A stretch of 63,920 nucleotides of DNA, counting the filler. It is 8 parts of 8 records of this genome, joined end to end, with 100 filler letters (N's around TTAATTAATTAA, not from the genome) between each part and the next. Parts side by side here need not be neighbours in the genome. Positions count along the whole stretch, not along the records: positions 50,843 to 58,548 come from SRR31147125_37519; positions 58,649 to 63,920 come from SRR31147125_37753; 6 more parts are not named here. One strand, given 5' to 3'. The notes below the pieces were generated by a model. It saw nothing but the letters and a program-made list of their open reading frames with translations, was not told where the DNA came from and did no database searches. Below, piece by piece: positions 52,232 to 62,985 of the stretch; positions within the stretch are counted from its first letter, which is position 1, and every line of letters begins with the position of its first letter. The position numbers and the translations under genes are program-made.

Positions 52232-52422
52232 CCGCAGCCGGCAGGTTTTCTGGCTCTCCCTCCCTTACAACAACCTTCCCATCACCCGAAGGGGTGACAG
52301 TGGTATTTTGCATTGTAAAGGTTCCCCTATTGGAATGGGGCAGGATTACAGCGTCGGGTACGCTCCCGATTCTCACGGGATTCCCTCTTATCGCCCGGTA
52401 TGGGCGACCGGTTGCAGCGGGT
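52232..52422 (-). ncRNA. Cobalamin riboswitch
   Basis: Minus strand: CCGGT..AAGAGGGAATCCCGTGAGAATCGGGAGCGTACCCGACGCTGT...CCACTG...GGGAAGG...GAGCCAGAAAACCTGCC (B12 box). Confidence 0.93.
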
Positions 52423-52456
52423 TATGTCTTTATGTTGTCGTTTCCCTCCTGATCAC

Positions 52457-52810
52457 CTAATTCTGGGTTCTGGATTCATGGGCCCACAGGAAGAAACGGT
52501 GAGGGGGAGACGGGGAAAGCGGAGGAGATAAATCGGCAAATGTTTTTTCCACAATTATACCTTCCTGCGACGTTCCCTCTCTCACCAACAATCCTTCCAT
52601 GGCCCAAGTGGCAGCAATGACAAAACAACCTCTCCCGGCCACACCGAACCAAAAAAACAGATGGGCCCAAATGGTTTGGGATTTGACAAACGGGATGTAG
52701 TAATCCTTGGGAAACAACACCGCCGCCATGGCGGCAATCACGGCCAGGGACAGGATGGCGGGCCGGATCCAGCCATCGCGCGCAGGACGGCTGATCGATA
52801 TTCAGGTCAA
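52457..52810 (-). pseudogene. Remnant of a membrane protein, possibly cytochrome c assembly (CcsA-like)
   Basis: Hydrophobic fragment ...PKDYYIPFVKSQTIWAHLFFWFGVAGRGCF without a proper start. Confidence 0.35.
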
Positions 52811-52939
52811 TTAATTTTATTTTTTCTCGTCGACGTTTTCCAGATGATGGGCAAACATCTCCAGGCCGGCCCGGTACAAGGTCCCCAGGCTTGAAACCAT
52901 AAAGCGCTGGTCGCGATCCTCGTCCATTGCCATAGCCTC

Positions 52940-54325
52940 TCATTCCTGGTGTTTTGATTTATGCGTGGCTTGGTGCTGCGGGTGTATCCCGTCCACGGAC
53001 AACATCGCCAATTGTTTGAGTGCCGTATTGGCCGCCTTGCATTGCTGACGGTATTTGGCGGCCTTGGAAAAGGCGGCCCTGCTGGCGGCAATATCGTTTA
53101 TCTGCCAGGCGGCATAACCGGCCATCAACCAAGCCCGGCCAACATGGCGGCCCTTGTTCCGGGCGGCTTTTTTGTAAGCATGGATAGCCCGCTCGTATTG
53201 TTCCAGGCTAAAAAGCAGTTCCCCCTTAAGCAGTATGACATCGGCATCATCCGAAACCGGATCCATCGCGTCGATGGCTGCCAGGGCCGTTTCCGGCTTG
53301 CCCAGTTGCCGGTAGGCAATGGCCAGTTGCTGCAACATGCGCTTGTCGGGTTTGTCATTCAAACACGCTTCGTACAGAGGAGCGGCCTTGGCGGGAATGT
53401 TCAGTTGCAGGTTCAGATCGGCCAACAGCTTTTTTTCGTCCATGGACAAGGGGGTAAGAAATGAATAAATGGTCAGCGCCATCAGGGCATCTTCATAGTG
53501 TTCGGCATTTAGCTGGATGTGGGCCAGGGCCTTCCACCACTTGGCCAATGTCGGGGTTTGCCGTGTGAGGTCGTGCGCCAATTCAAGCGCGTCACGCCGC
53601 ATGTCAAGCTGCATGTACTGGTGAAGCAGGATCTCCTGCCATTGAATCCGCTTCTCGCCGGCGTATCCCTGAACGAGTTCCAGGATATGCGGCAAGGCCC
53701 GTCGCGGCTGATCCGCGGCGAGCAGGGCGTGGACCATGTGCTCTTTCCACTCCGGCTTGATCACGCCTGGATGAAGGGCGAACAATGTATCGAAGATATC
53801 GATGGATTGAGGATAGTCATCGGCCATCAGGAAGGCAACCGCGCTATAGTAAAGATACTCCGGCTTTTTCTCGTCCGCCGTCGCGTAGGCCCTTTTGAAA
53901 CAGTGTCCGGCATCGGCATGCTGGTTCATTTCATAGTACGCGTTGGCCAGGTTCAGCCAGGCGAAAGTATGGCTGGTATTGCGGGCAAGGGCGCGTTTAT
54001 ATGCCGCCGCTGCGGCCTCGTACTGATCGCTCATCAGGTAGCAGTTGCCCATGCAAAATTCAATTTCAGCATGGTGATAGCCCTTGGGATCCTTGCCACC
54101 GGGATCGCTGGTCGGCCCGCCCCGGGCCTGAAACGCTTTCAGCGTCTCGATGGCGCGCTGGTACTCCTTGGCCTGAATCATGGGCTGAGCCTTGGCCAGT
54201 ACCAGCTGCGCCGGAAACGGCAGGCGCGGGGTGTTTTCCTTATCTCCTGCGATTCCATGGTGAGGAATCAAACACAGGATCAGCAACCAACCAACCAACC
54301 ACTTGCGGTTTTTAAAAATCCCCAT
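52940..54325 (-). CDS. TPR-repeat periplasmic protein (TtpD-like)
   Basis: Signal peptide and multiple TPR repeats; last gene of the TonB2-type operon. Confidence 0.85.
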   Translation of the reverse strand: MGIFKNRKWLVGWLLILCLIPHHGIAGDKENTPRLPFPAQLVLAKAQPMIQAKEYQRAIETLKAFQARGGPTSDPGGKDPKGYHHAEIEFCMGNCYLMSDQYEAAAAAYKRALARNTSHTFAWLNLANAYYEMNQHADAGHCFKRAYATADEKKPEYLYYSAVAFLMADDYPQSIDIFDTLFALHPGVIKPEWKEHMVHALLAADQPRRALPHILELVQGYAGEKRIQWQEILLHQYMQLDMRRDALELAHDLTRQTPTLAKWWKALAHIQLNAEHYEDALMALTIYSFLTPLSMDEKKLLADLNLQLNIPAKAAPLYEACLNDKPDKRMLQQLAIAYRQLGKPETALAAIDAMDPVSDDADVILLKGELLFSLEQYERAIHAYKKAARNKGRHVGRAWLMAGYAAWQINDIAASRAAFSKAAKYRQQCKAANTALKQLAMLSVDGIHPQHQATHKSKHQE

Positions 54326-54327
54326 AC

Positions 54328-55032
54328 CTACTCCAATTCAAAGCGTATTACCGTCTCAACCTGTGCCTTGACCGGCATCCCTTCGACCGTTCCGGGCTTG
54401 AACCGCCAGCCATTCACGCACCGTTCGACGCTCCGGTCGAACAGTCCTTCCGGTTCGGACTCAAGAATCGAGATATTGCCGACCCGGCCGCTCTCATCCA
54501 CGACAAAAGACACCTTTACCCATCCCTGGATTCCGCGGCGGCGCGCCTGAATCGGGTATAACGGAGGAATGCGCGTCAACGTCGTCAGGGGGCCGTCCAG
54601 TTGTCCCACGGAAAAAGCGCCGTGCAAGGCTGTCGTGTTCACCAAGGGAGCACTTTGCATCGGTGGGAGGACCAAACTTTTGGGGCCTCCGGGAAGCCGG
54701 GGGTTGACCTTAAACGGCAGGGTCAGTTTCGCTCTCATCGGTTGCCGGGGCGATTTATCGGGCTTACGCACAGGTTTGGGTTCGGGCGGTTTCGGCGGTG
54801 TGGGCGGTTTTCGCCGGACCTCGGAGTCCGCTCTTTTCATGCGAATAACATTAACCTGGGGCACGATCGTATCAATGGACGGCCCAGACGGCGTTGGGTC
54901 CACCAAATGGGGCATCAACAAAAACATCACCAGATTCAATCCAACGGCGACCAATCCCGCTCCCAGCCAGGTGGTCCAGGTACGCCGGGAGAGGGTGTGG
55001 AAGTAATCGTTATGATCGGTGCTCACTGACAT
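54328..55032 (-). CDS. tonB: Energy transducer TonB
   Basis: TM anchor, Pro-rich spacer, PLYPIQARRRGIQGWVKVSFVV, WRFKPG. Confidence 0.93.
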   Translation of the reverse strand: MSVSTDHNDYFHTLSRRTWTTWLGAGLVAVGLNLVMFLLMPHLVDPTPSGPSIDTIVPQVNVIRMKRADSEVRRKPPTPPKPPEPKPVRKPDKSPRQPMRAKLTLPFKVNPRLPGGPKSLVLPPMQSAPLVNTTALHGAFSVGQLDGPLTTLTRIPPLYPIQARRRGIQGWVKVSFVVDESGRVGNISILESEPEGLFDRSVERCVNGWRFKPGTVEGMPVKAQVETVIRFELE

Positions 55033-55120
55033 TTTCCATTACCGTTGACGATCGAAAAGCAATGAATCGGAATCATGCTGAATCGGAGACGCCCTCCGCC
55101 TTTCCCTCGCAATGCCTCCA

Positions 55121-55543
55121 TCACCCTCCCTCGGGCACGCTGGCGGCCAGGGAAACGTTGATTGCCCCGGCCATTCGGCAGCCGTCCATCACCTGAATCG
55201 CCACGCCGGTACTGCTGGCCTTGTCGGCCACCACCACGACGGCCCCTTCCGGATTCTCTGCCAATGCGCGTTCCACGTTGGCCCGCACCGCGCGTGGATC
55301 GATTTCCCGATGATCCATGAACAGGCGGTTGCTCTGATCGATGGCAATCAGAATCGTGGCCTTATTCTGCACCACCGCCGTGGATGCCGTGGGACGGCTG
55401 ACATCGATACCGGTCTCCTTTACAAAACTGGTGTTGACCAGGAAAAAAATCAGCAGAATAAAAACCATGTCGATCAAAGGAGCGATGTTCAGCTCCGGAG
55501 TCGACCGATTGCTGCGGCGAACCGCCGATACATTAAGCATCAT
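55121..55543 (-). CDS. exbD: Biopolymer transport protein ExbD
   Basis: LNIAPLIDMVFILLIFFLV, VVADK. Confidence 0.95.
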   Translation of the reverse strand: MMLNVSAVRRSNRSTPELNIAPLIDMVFILLIFFLVNTSFVKETGIDVSRPTASTAVVQNKATILIAIDQSNRLFMDHREIDPRAVRANVERALAENPEGAVVVVADKASSTGVAIQVMDGCRMAGAINVSLAASVPEGG

Positions 55544-55634
55544 TCATCCTCTAACGATATTGATTTCTTCCGCTCTCTTTTCTCAAGAGCGGTGGCCTTA
55601 AGGCCTCTTTTCAGACCTCACCCAAACAATCGTC

Positions 55635-56246
55635 TCATAGTTGTCTTCTCAGATAAAACCCCGCCCTGGCCACCCGCTGTCGCAGATTCCGCGCCCGGCG
55701 GTCCAGAAAGCCTTTCATATAAAGCCCGGGAATGGCCACCAAAAGGCCGGTCTGGGTCGTGATCAGGGCCTCGGAAATTCCGCCGGCCATGCCCTTGGCA
55801 TTGCCGGTGCCAAAAACCGATAAGACATCAAAAGTGCCGATCATGCCGGTGACGGTGCCCAACAGACCCAGCAGCGGGGCAATGGCGGCCAGTACGCCGA
55901 TGACGGCCAGATAGTCGGTCAGTGATCGGTTGATGACGACGACGGTTTCATCGAGAATAAAGCGGTCCAGCACGCGATCGAAACTGCGGCGCTCGATAAA
56001 GCGGGCGACCAGCAGAGACACCGCCCCTCGGTATTGAGCGGGGTCGGGCAATCGATTGCCATGAATATGGTCCAAAGCGATCTTCAGCGGCATGTTTTTA
56101 CGGTGCAGGCGTCTGAAAAAAAGGGCCCGTTCCACAATCAACAGCCACATGCCGACACTGACCAGGGCCAGGGGCAGCATGGTTACACCGCCGGCGCGCA
56201 GGTAGTCTTCCAAACGAAGGTACTGGGTGAGCAAAACGTCGATCAC
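55635..56246 (-). CDS. exbB: MotA/TolQ/ExbB proton channel protein
   Basis: APLLGLLGTVTGMI, GISEALITT..GL.VAIP. Confidence 0.93.
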   Translation of the reverse strand: MIDVLLTQYLRLEDYLRAGGVTMLPLALVSVGMWLLIVERALFFRRLHRKNMPLKIALDHIHGNRLPDPAQYRGAVSLLVARFIERRSFDRVLDRFILDETVVVINRSLTDYLAVIGVLAAIAPLLGLLGTVTGMIGTFDVLSVFGTGNAKGMAGGISEALITTQTGLLVAIPGLYMKGFLDRRARNLRQRVARAGFYLRRQL

Positions 56247-57682
56247 AGTGCCTTGCCCCTGTTCTTGTGGACGAGATTGACCAGTGTAACCGCCTTCTCT
56301 TCCATCTCTCCGATTTTTTTATCCACAGCACGACTGAGAAGCGTCTGGGACAGCATCAGCGGAATGGCCACCGACAACCCCAGCATGGTGGTGACCAACG
56401 CCTCGGAAATTCCGCCCGACATCAGGCGCGGATCACCGGTGCCGTGCAGGGTGATCACATGGAAGGTATCGATCATACCGGTCACCGTTCCCAAAAGGCC
56501 CAATAGCGGCGCAATGGCTGCCAGCATGCCCAGGGTGGACAAAAACCGCTCCATCGGCGGTATCTCCTTCAAGATGGCCTCCTGCAGCGAATTCTCCATC
56601 TCCTCGCGCTGCATCTGGCAGCAACTCAGACCGGATTTGAGAACCCTGGCCACCGGGATATTCCCATGCGATTCACAAGCCTTCTCGCACGCTGGCCAAT
56701 CATTCCCGGCGGAATGCGACTCGATGATTTGCACCAATTCGTCGGCATTGTATTTTTTACGCAGCAGAAAAATCACCCGCTCGACAACGATCAAGGCACC
56801 CACGGCCAGAATAAGCAGGATCGGCCAGACGATCGGACCGCCCTTGGGGACCTGCTCCCAAAGTTTAAGCTCATGGGTCAACTGCCGCAGGGCACCGCCA
56901 CGGGACACGTCCATGGGAACACTGTCACTTTTTCCCTTCATGTAGCGCGCCAGATGTTTTTGCATTCGTCCGTCGGGAAGCCGCGAAAGCGCGTAGAGTT
57001 TCCTCCCCGTAGCCGAGTAATTGCAAAACCCCACTTCATCGCCGATCCGATAGGCTGCCGTAAACGGACCCAGAAGCAGCACATCGGCCGCCACCTCGCG
57101 ACCGGCCCGGTCAACGATCCGTCCTTCGCGGAAAAGCACCTCCCCGGTGGAGGCAATCTGAGCACGCAGGCCTTCGGCCAGGGCACGAACATCGTCCATG
57201 CCCGGAAATTGCTGACTATCAGAAATGGTTTCAAGGAACAGGGTGGGTTGCTCTTCAAGGGCGGCCTGAAGGTTCTGGCTTACCAGCCCATCGACATCCT
57301 TGGCGTTGATCCGGATGACGCCCACCAGTTCGTTGATCATGCCGTCGGTCTGCGCCAAAGACTCGCCGAGTTGCTGTTCGCGCTGGTCCAGATCTTGACT
57401 TTCCTGCTTCAATGCGTCGACCGCTTTGTCCAGTTTCTGGTTGGCGGCGTCGATCTCGGCGATGGCCTTTTTCAGGGCGGTGCGATCCTGCATGATCGTC
57501 GCCCGGCTCTCGGCGGCTGCTTTCTCGGCGGCTGTTTTTTCGGCGGCCGCTTTCTGGGCCAAGTCTTCTTTGGCTTCCTGGGCCTTAATCTGAATCGCCC
57601 GCATGTCCTGGGCCACAGCCGGCGAAACCATTGTTACGGTGGCAAATAATACCGGCAGTAACCAAGCAATGATCATTTTCAT
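56243..57682 (-). CDS. Long ExbB with periplasmic coiled-coil N-terminus (TtpC-like)
   Basis: Signal peptide, coiled coil, PMDVSRG, then ExbB TM motifs. Confidence 0.88.
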   Translation of the reverse strand: MKMIIAWLLPVLFATVTMVSPAVAQDMRAIQIKAQEAKEDLAQKAAAEKTAAEKAAAESRATIMQDRTALKKAIAEIDAANQKLDKAVDALKQESQDLDQREQQLGESLAQTDGMINELVGVIRINAKDVDGLVSQNLQAALEEQPTLFLETISDSQQFPGMDDVRALAEGLRAQIASTGEVLFREGRIVDRAGREVAADVLLLGPFTAAYRIGDEVGFCNYSATGRKLYALSRLPDGRMQKHLARYMKGKSDSVPMDVSRGGALRQLTHELKLWEQVPKGGPIVWPILLILAVGALIVVERVIFLLRKKYNADELVQIIESHSAGNDWPACEKACESHGNIPVARVLKSGLSCCQMQREEMENSLQEAILKEIPPMERFLSTLGMLAAIAPLLGLLGTVTGMIDTFHVITLHGTGDPRLMSGGISEALVTTMLGLSVAIPLMLSQTLLSRAVDKKIGEMEEKAVTLVNLVHKNRGKAL

Positions 57683-58449
57683 CGGATCACCATCCTTCCT
57701 ATCGGCAGGGTAAGCATTTCCACCGGCTGGCGCTTGGCGGCGATATCGATGGCCGCATGGATGGATGGGTTATGGGTGGCGGGCAGAGATTGCCATGCAT
57801 TATCGGCGACATTATAAAAGCCGCATTGCTTGCGGTTCAGGCTCTGGTAGAACAGGCTGAGCCGTCCCAGCCGAAAGATATCGACCAGCATGGTCTGGCC
57901 ATCGATGTCGATGGTTTCCTGATACGTCTCGATGGTCGTGCCATACTCCGCCTCCACCAAAAAGGCCTCCATGATCTTGCGATATTTCTCGCTGATCGAG
58001 ACATCGGGATCGATCATGATGTGTTCAAGATTGTCGACGCGTTTTTCACGCTCTGCGCGCAGGAAAGGAGAACCATTTACTTGAGTTTTCAAAAGGGTAA
58101 GCATCTCTTTCAGGAAGGGTTGAATCTGGATCGAAATCTGCTTGATGTCGGCGAGCTGTTTTTCCTTGGTGGCGATACGCGCCTGGGTGGCACGAACATA
58201 ATCCTGCAAATCTTGCCGCTGCTGCTGCAGCTGCTTCTGCTCGGCCTGCAGCTGCTCGAATTGATCGGTCAACTTCTCTTTTTCCAAGCGCCATTTTTCT
58301 TCCGCTTGCTGACTCGCCTGGCGGGTCTTGATGGATTGGCGGACTGGTTTTTCAATCCTTCGTTCGGTTTCGCTGGCGATTCCAAGATTAACGGACACAA
58401 ACAACAAACAACTTGTCAACATCGAAAGGAGGCTCTTTTTTCTGGTCAT
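57679..58449 (-). CDS. DUF3450/TtpB-like periplasmic protein
   Basis: Signal peptide, coiled coil, PFLRAER..R, SEKYR..MEA..VEAEYG, FRLGRLSL. Confidence 0.85.
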   Translation of the reverse strand: MTRKKSLLSMLTSCLLFVSVNLGIASETERRIEKPVRQSIKTRQASQQAEEKWRLEKEKLTDQFEQLQAEQKQLQQQRQDLQDYVRATQARIATKEKQLADIKQISIQIQPFLKEMLTLLKTQVNGSPFLRAEREKRVDNLEHIMIDPDVSISEKYRKIMEAFLVEAEYGTTIETYQETIDIDGQTMLVDIFRLGRLSLFYQSLNRKQCGFYNVADNAWQSLPATHNPSIHAAIDIAAKRQPVEMLTLPIGRMVIR

Positions 58450-58500
58450 TCACCGTTCTCCTGAACCGCTAATGGCTGATGATTAAGGATGTTCATCAGA

Positions 58501-58543
58501 AAATAAAAAACCCGGACCGTTTTGAAGTTGCAACGATCCGGGA
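58501..58543 (-). terminator. Terminator-like hairpin in the leader of the TonB2 operon
   Basis: Minus strand CCCGGATCGTT...AACGGTCCGGG followed by TTTTTTATTT. Confidence 0.55.
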
Positions 58544-58548
58544 TATCC

Positions 58549-58648
58549 NNNNNNNNNNNNNNNNNNNNNNNNNNNNNNNNNNNNNNNNNNNNTTAATTAA
58601 TTAANNNNNNNNNNNNNNNNNNNNNNNNNNNNNNNNNNNNNNNNNNNN
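58549..58648. other. Artificial contig spacer
   Basis: Same linker. Confidence 0.99.
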
Positions 58649-58733
58649 AAGAAAACAATATTTTAGAAATAGCAAAAGTAAAATGCAAAATTTACTTGCG
58701 AAAATTGAAAAAACTCTTATATCAAAAAACGGC

Positions 58734-59741
58734 TTAGAGAGCAGTAAATACAATGAAGCTAATATAAGTAATAATTAAGAGAACACCTTGAAATCTCATG
58801 AGTTTACCCTTTTTGTTTAGTACAACTGGCAACACAAGAATTGCTAACATAAATAACACAACTGGTATATCGACGGCCAAAGTTCTAAATGCAAAAAGGT
58901 TAGGTGTTATTTGTTCTTTACTTAAAACTATTCCATCTTTACTAACAACCGCAGATGTGCTTAGCACAAAAGTAATATTTAAAATATTGGCACCAATAAT
59001 GTTTCCTACACCCATGGCACCATGTTTTTTTACAAGCGCTGTAATTGTGGTTACTAGCTCAGGCAGAGATGTACCAATAGCTACCATAGTAAGACCAATA
59101 ACTGCATCAGAAACACCAAGAGCACTCGCTATAATTATTCCGTTATCTACTAAAAGGTTGGCACCAAATATTATTCCAGCAGAACCTGCAATAAATCTAA
59201 CCACATTTATTAATATTGATTTTGCCGACGTGTCAATATGACGTATTTCAGCATTGTCATCAAAATCTTCGTCTTCATCATTTGTATTTTTTCTTCTTAA
59301 GGTTTTTAAATTAAAAATTACGTAAACTAGTAAAAGGGCAAAAAGCACTAAACTTTCAATCCTTATTACACTTCCATTCATAGCGACAATAGCTAAACTA
59401 ATAACGGATACTATTAAAATAATGCATTTAGACAAGAAAAACCTCTTATCTAGCTTTGGAGGTCTTACGATAAGTGCAATTGATAATATAAGCCCTGTAT
59501 TGCATATGATTGACCCAATAGCATTACCTACGCACAGTCCAGTTGAACCCTTTGAAACGGCAAATACAGAAACTAAAAGTTCTGGTAGTGTTGTTGCAAG
59601 AGACACTATTGTTGCACCTATTATTACTTTAGGAATACCAGTTACATTGGCTATCCAAACAGCAGATTCTATAAACCAGTCTCCACCTTTTATAATCAAA
59701 GCAAACCCTAAAGCAAACAATAATAAAACATAAATATCCAT
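58734..59741 (-). CDS. Ca2+/Na+ antiporter (YrbG family)
   Basis: Alpha repeats ATTLPEL/GNAIGS and GTSLPEL/GNIIGANI. Confidence 0.93.
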   Translation of the reverse strand: MDIYVLLLFALGFALIIKGGDWFIESAVWIANVTGIPKVIIGATIVSLATTLPELLVSVFAVSKGSTGLCVGNAIGSIICNTGLILSIALIVRPPKLDKRFFLSKCIILIVSVISLAIVAMNGSVIRIESLVLFALLLVYVIFNLKTLRRKNTNDEDEDFDDNAEIRHIDTSAKSILINVVRFIAGSAGIIFGANLLVDNGIIIASALGVSDAVIGLTMVAIGTSLPELVTTITALVKKHGAMGVGNIIGANILNITFVLSTSAVVSKDGIVLSKEQITPNLFAFRTLAVDIPVVLFMLAILVLPVVLNKKGKLMRFQGVLLIITYISFIVFTAL

Positions 59742-59943
59742 CTATATTCACCTTTCAAAAAAACAAATTCAATACAACCTAACATATTTTAGGATATAAT
59801 TGCAATGGTTTTATAAATAATTTAACGAATACTTTATAAACAGCACAATAATACTTATAGGTTTAACGAAAGGTTTTTAATTATATTGACTAAATGATAA
59901 CTATGGGTTATTTTTTAGATAAGAAAAGATTGGAGTAATTAGT

Positions 59944-60626
59944 TTGAAAAAAAGAATAAACATATTTTTGGGTAATTATGGTAGCGGAAAAACAGAAATT
60001 TCATTGAATGTGGCAAACAAGCTTGAAGCGCAGGGGAAGGAAGTATTGCTTTTAGATATGGATATTGTAAACCCATATTTTAGGTCCTCTGAGTTCAAGG
60101 ATAATTTTATAGATAAAAATATTGAGCTTGTTGCGCCGACATATGCTAACACAGCGGTGGATTTGCCTACACTTTCGCCTATGGTGTTTAAAATAGAAAA
60201 AACAGACAAACATGTCGTTATCGACTGCGGAGGAGACCCTGCTGGTGCTACAGCTTTGGGTTTTTTATCCAACAAATTTGAAAAGTTAAAAGATGAAATA
60301 GATGTATATTTTGTTATGAATTCGTTAAGACCACTACAGGAAGATGCAGAATCAATCATTAAAATGATGGACAGCATTGAACATGTTTCGCATATAAAAA
60401 TTAACAAGGTTATAGTGAATTCTAATATTGCAAATGAAACAAGCTACGAGCACATAATTGATGGAGTGAATATAGGCGAGAGGGTTTGCGAGCAAAAAGG
60501 AATAGACATAGCTTTTATATCAGGGAAAAACAAGTGCTTGAAGATTATAAATTGAATGATCCAAATAGTAGTTATGATTTGTTTGATATAGAGATCATAA
60601 CTAGACCTTCATGGATGGATATATAA
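59944..60626 (+). CDS. P-loop NTPase (GNYGSGKTE family); frameshift near 60528
   Basis: GNYGSGKTE, DMDIVNPYFRS, IDCGGD; shifting at the A run extends to ...ITRPSWMDI*. Confidence 0.8.
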
Positions 60627-60788
60627 AGCTGGGAAAAAACAACAAACAATTAGAATAATTTGTTAATATTATATGAAAATTAGCGAAACAATTGAAAAAT
60701 TAAACAATTGATGTTAGAATATACGAGAATTTGTTGAAAAGACAAATCTCGTTTTTTTTATAAAGTTTACCAATAATGGAGAATAATA

Positions 60789-62899
60789 TGTCTAAAAAAA
60801 TATTGAGCAAAATAATGAAGTAGAGCAAAAAATAGAGGATAATAGCTTAGAGAGTATAGATGTAGAAAACATGGAGTTTGAAGAGGAGCTTGATGACGAG
60901 ATTGAAATGCTAGAGCAGGAGCAAGAATTAGAGGATGAAGAAGAATACGAACTGGACTTTGATTTTTGGCAAGAAGCTTTAACATCTTATGGAGAAATAG
61001 GAAGCAAGCAAGAGCTCAAATTGATTTTGCAAAAATTGAATTTAGATTTGAAGCGTGAAAAACAGAAAATAGCCAAGATAAAAAAACTTGTACTAACAAG
61101 AAATAAAAACTTAGAAAAAAAGAAAAAGGCTAAGAAGAAATCTCAAAACAAGATGATTAAAAATATGCCTATCGATAAAAAATTGGCTTTTAAGCAGGAA
61201 CAAGAACAGAAGAAAATTGATGAGAAAAAGCAGGAGCAACAAAAAGAGAAGAAGAGAAACAACATGAAATAGAGAAAAAGCAACAAATGCTTGAGGAAAA
61301 AGCATATAACGCTGAATTTAAAAGACAAGAAAAAATCGCCATAATGTCTATGGTTCCGGAAGAAAAAAAGAGTATATTTTCCAAAGAAACGCAAAACAAA
61401 AAATAGAAGCATTGAATACAAAAATTCAAAAAGCGGTTGAAACACAACATAATGCAAAATCTTCTAAAGATATGCCTATTGCAAATTTTTTGTATTTTGT
61501 ATTGGGTTGTATAGTGGTTACAGCTATTGCTAGCTTTTGTTTTACCAATATATATCTAGATGAAGGATATTATAAAGAAAAAATTTCTGAGCTCAAAGAA
61601 AGTATTGCGAAGTATGACCTAAAACTAAATGGTGAAATGGTTGAAGGTGTAGAGAATATTCAGACTGCGACTGCAACCTATAATAATATCTTCGAGCAAT
61701 CCTCTGAGATGAGAACGAAGCTTGAAAGTGTTAACCAAAAATACAATTGGGTATTTGAAAAAGAAACTCCTGAATCCATGGGTATTACTGATATTGAAGC
61801 TAAAGTTGCTACTTTGCAGGCTCAAGTAGACAAAATAGATGAAACTATTGGGGCTAGAACAAGCACTGTTGATAACATTAACCGTGTATACGCATCTGAT
61901 AAAACAATTGATGATATGATAAGTACGCTTGAACCATATGGTGATGAAATTGATAATGCTAAACAAGAATTTTTGGCGTTAGAGTTTCCATCGGGTGTTG
62001 GTGAACATATGGATGAATATGCAGCGTATATCGATGAAGATAGGCAGTATTTTGATGTTGTAATGCAGTACCTTGAAGCGCTATATGCTGTTAAAGAAGG
62101 TATGGATGATGCTGTTAAAGATTTAGAAACAGCAAAGGATTATAAGCCAAGCAGTTCTTCAAGTTTTAGAGCTCAAGTTAAAGGGTACTATTCGAGACTT
62201 GATGGAGTGATTGATATTGATAAAGCAATTACGACAATAAACAATGAAGTTGATTATGCTCCAGTTGTAAGTAAAAAGGATTTTGCTTTTTTAGTAAGAC
62301 CTGAAATAGATGAAGAAGGTACAACGTTTTATACTACTATTAAGTCTATGATGGAAATATATATTTCAAGCGACAAAATAGAAAAAAAGTGTATGGATTT
62401 GCCTTATCCGACTAGAGAAGCTACGGACGACGAAGATGTTATTAAATTTATGACTCAAAACTATAGTGAAAAAGCTCTTGAAAGTAATGCTGCTATACTT
62501 GAACAATTAAAATTACTAGAGGCAGATACTCCTAGTGCTATGTCCAATACAGTGAGAGGATATATTACTGGACTGGAGATCAGAGCAGAATTTTTGGAAC
62601 TTCAAAAACAGTATATGGATTTAGAAGAAGAGAAGAATGGATATTTTCTTAAAGTTATTGAAGCTGAAAATGCATATGCTGACGCAAAGGCTATTGAGCG
62701 AGATTATAGAAAGAAAAATGGTAGAGATGAAGAGTATGAAAAGCTGAAAGCTGAATCTGACAAGCTGGATGATGCTATTGATGAGGCAGAAGATTTAGCA
62801 AAGAATAAAGCAAGTACAATTAAAACGACGCAAAAAGGAATTAGAAAAGAAGCTGATGACTTAAAAGATGATTATTCTGAAAACTTAGGATATGATTAG
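60789..62899 (+). CDS. Large single-pass membrane coiled-coil protein split by three A-run frameshifts
   Basis: GGAG RBS + ATG 60789; acidic N-terminus, Lys/Glu/Gln-rich coiled coil, TM FLYFVLGCIVVTAIASFCF, long helical ectodomain. Confidence 0.7.
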
Positions 62900-62917
62900 A
62901 AAATAATTGATGAATAC

Positions 62918-62951
62918 GCTACCTTGGGTTATAATCTAAGGTAGCTTTTTT
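62918..62951 (+). terminator. Intrinsic terminator
   Basis: GCTACCTTGG-gttataat-CTAAGGTAGC followed by a T tract. Confidence 0.75.
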
Positions 62952-62985
62952 ATTTGAAAAAAATTTTAACATGAGGAGCAATGTT

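Noticed and set aside
49654-58464. Long antisense ORFs (e.g. 49654-50496, 51175-52032, 53519-54550, 56034-56945, 56666-57649)
   Set aside because: Shadows of GC-rich genes on the opposite strand with no recognisable motifs.
6204-58648. Seven copies of TTAATTAATTAA flanked by N runs
   Set aside because: Identical 100-bp artificial linker with six-frame stops; not a biological repeat or CRISPR. Gene adjacency across linkers is meaningless.
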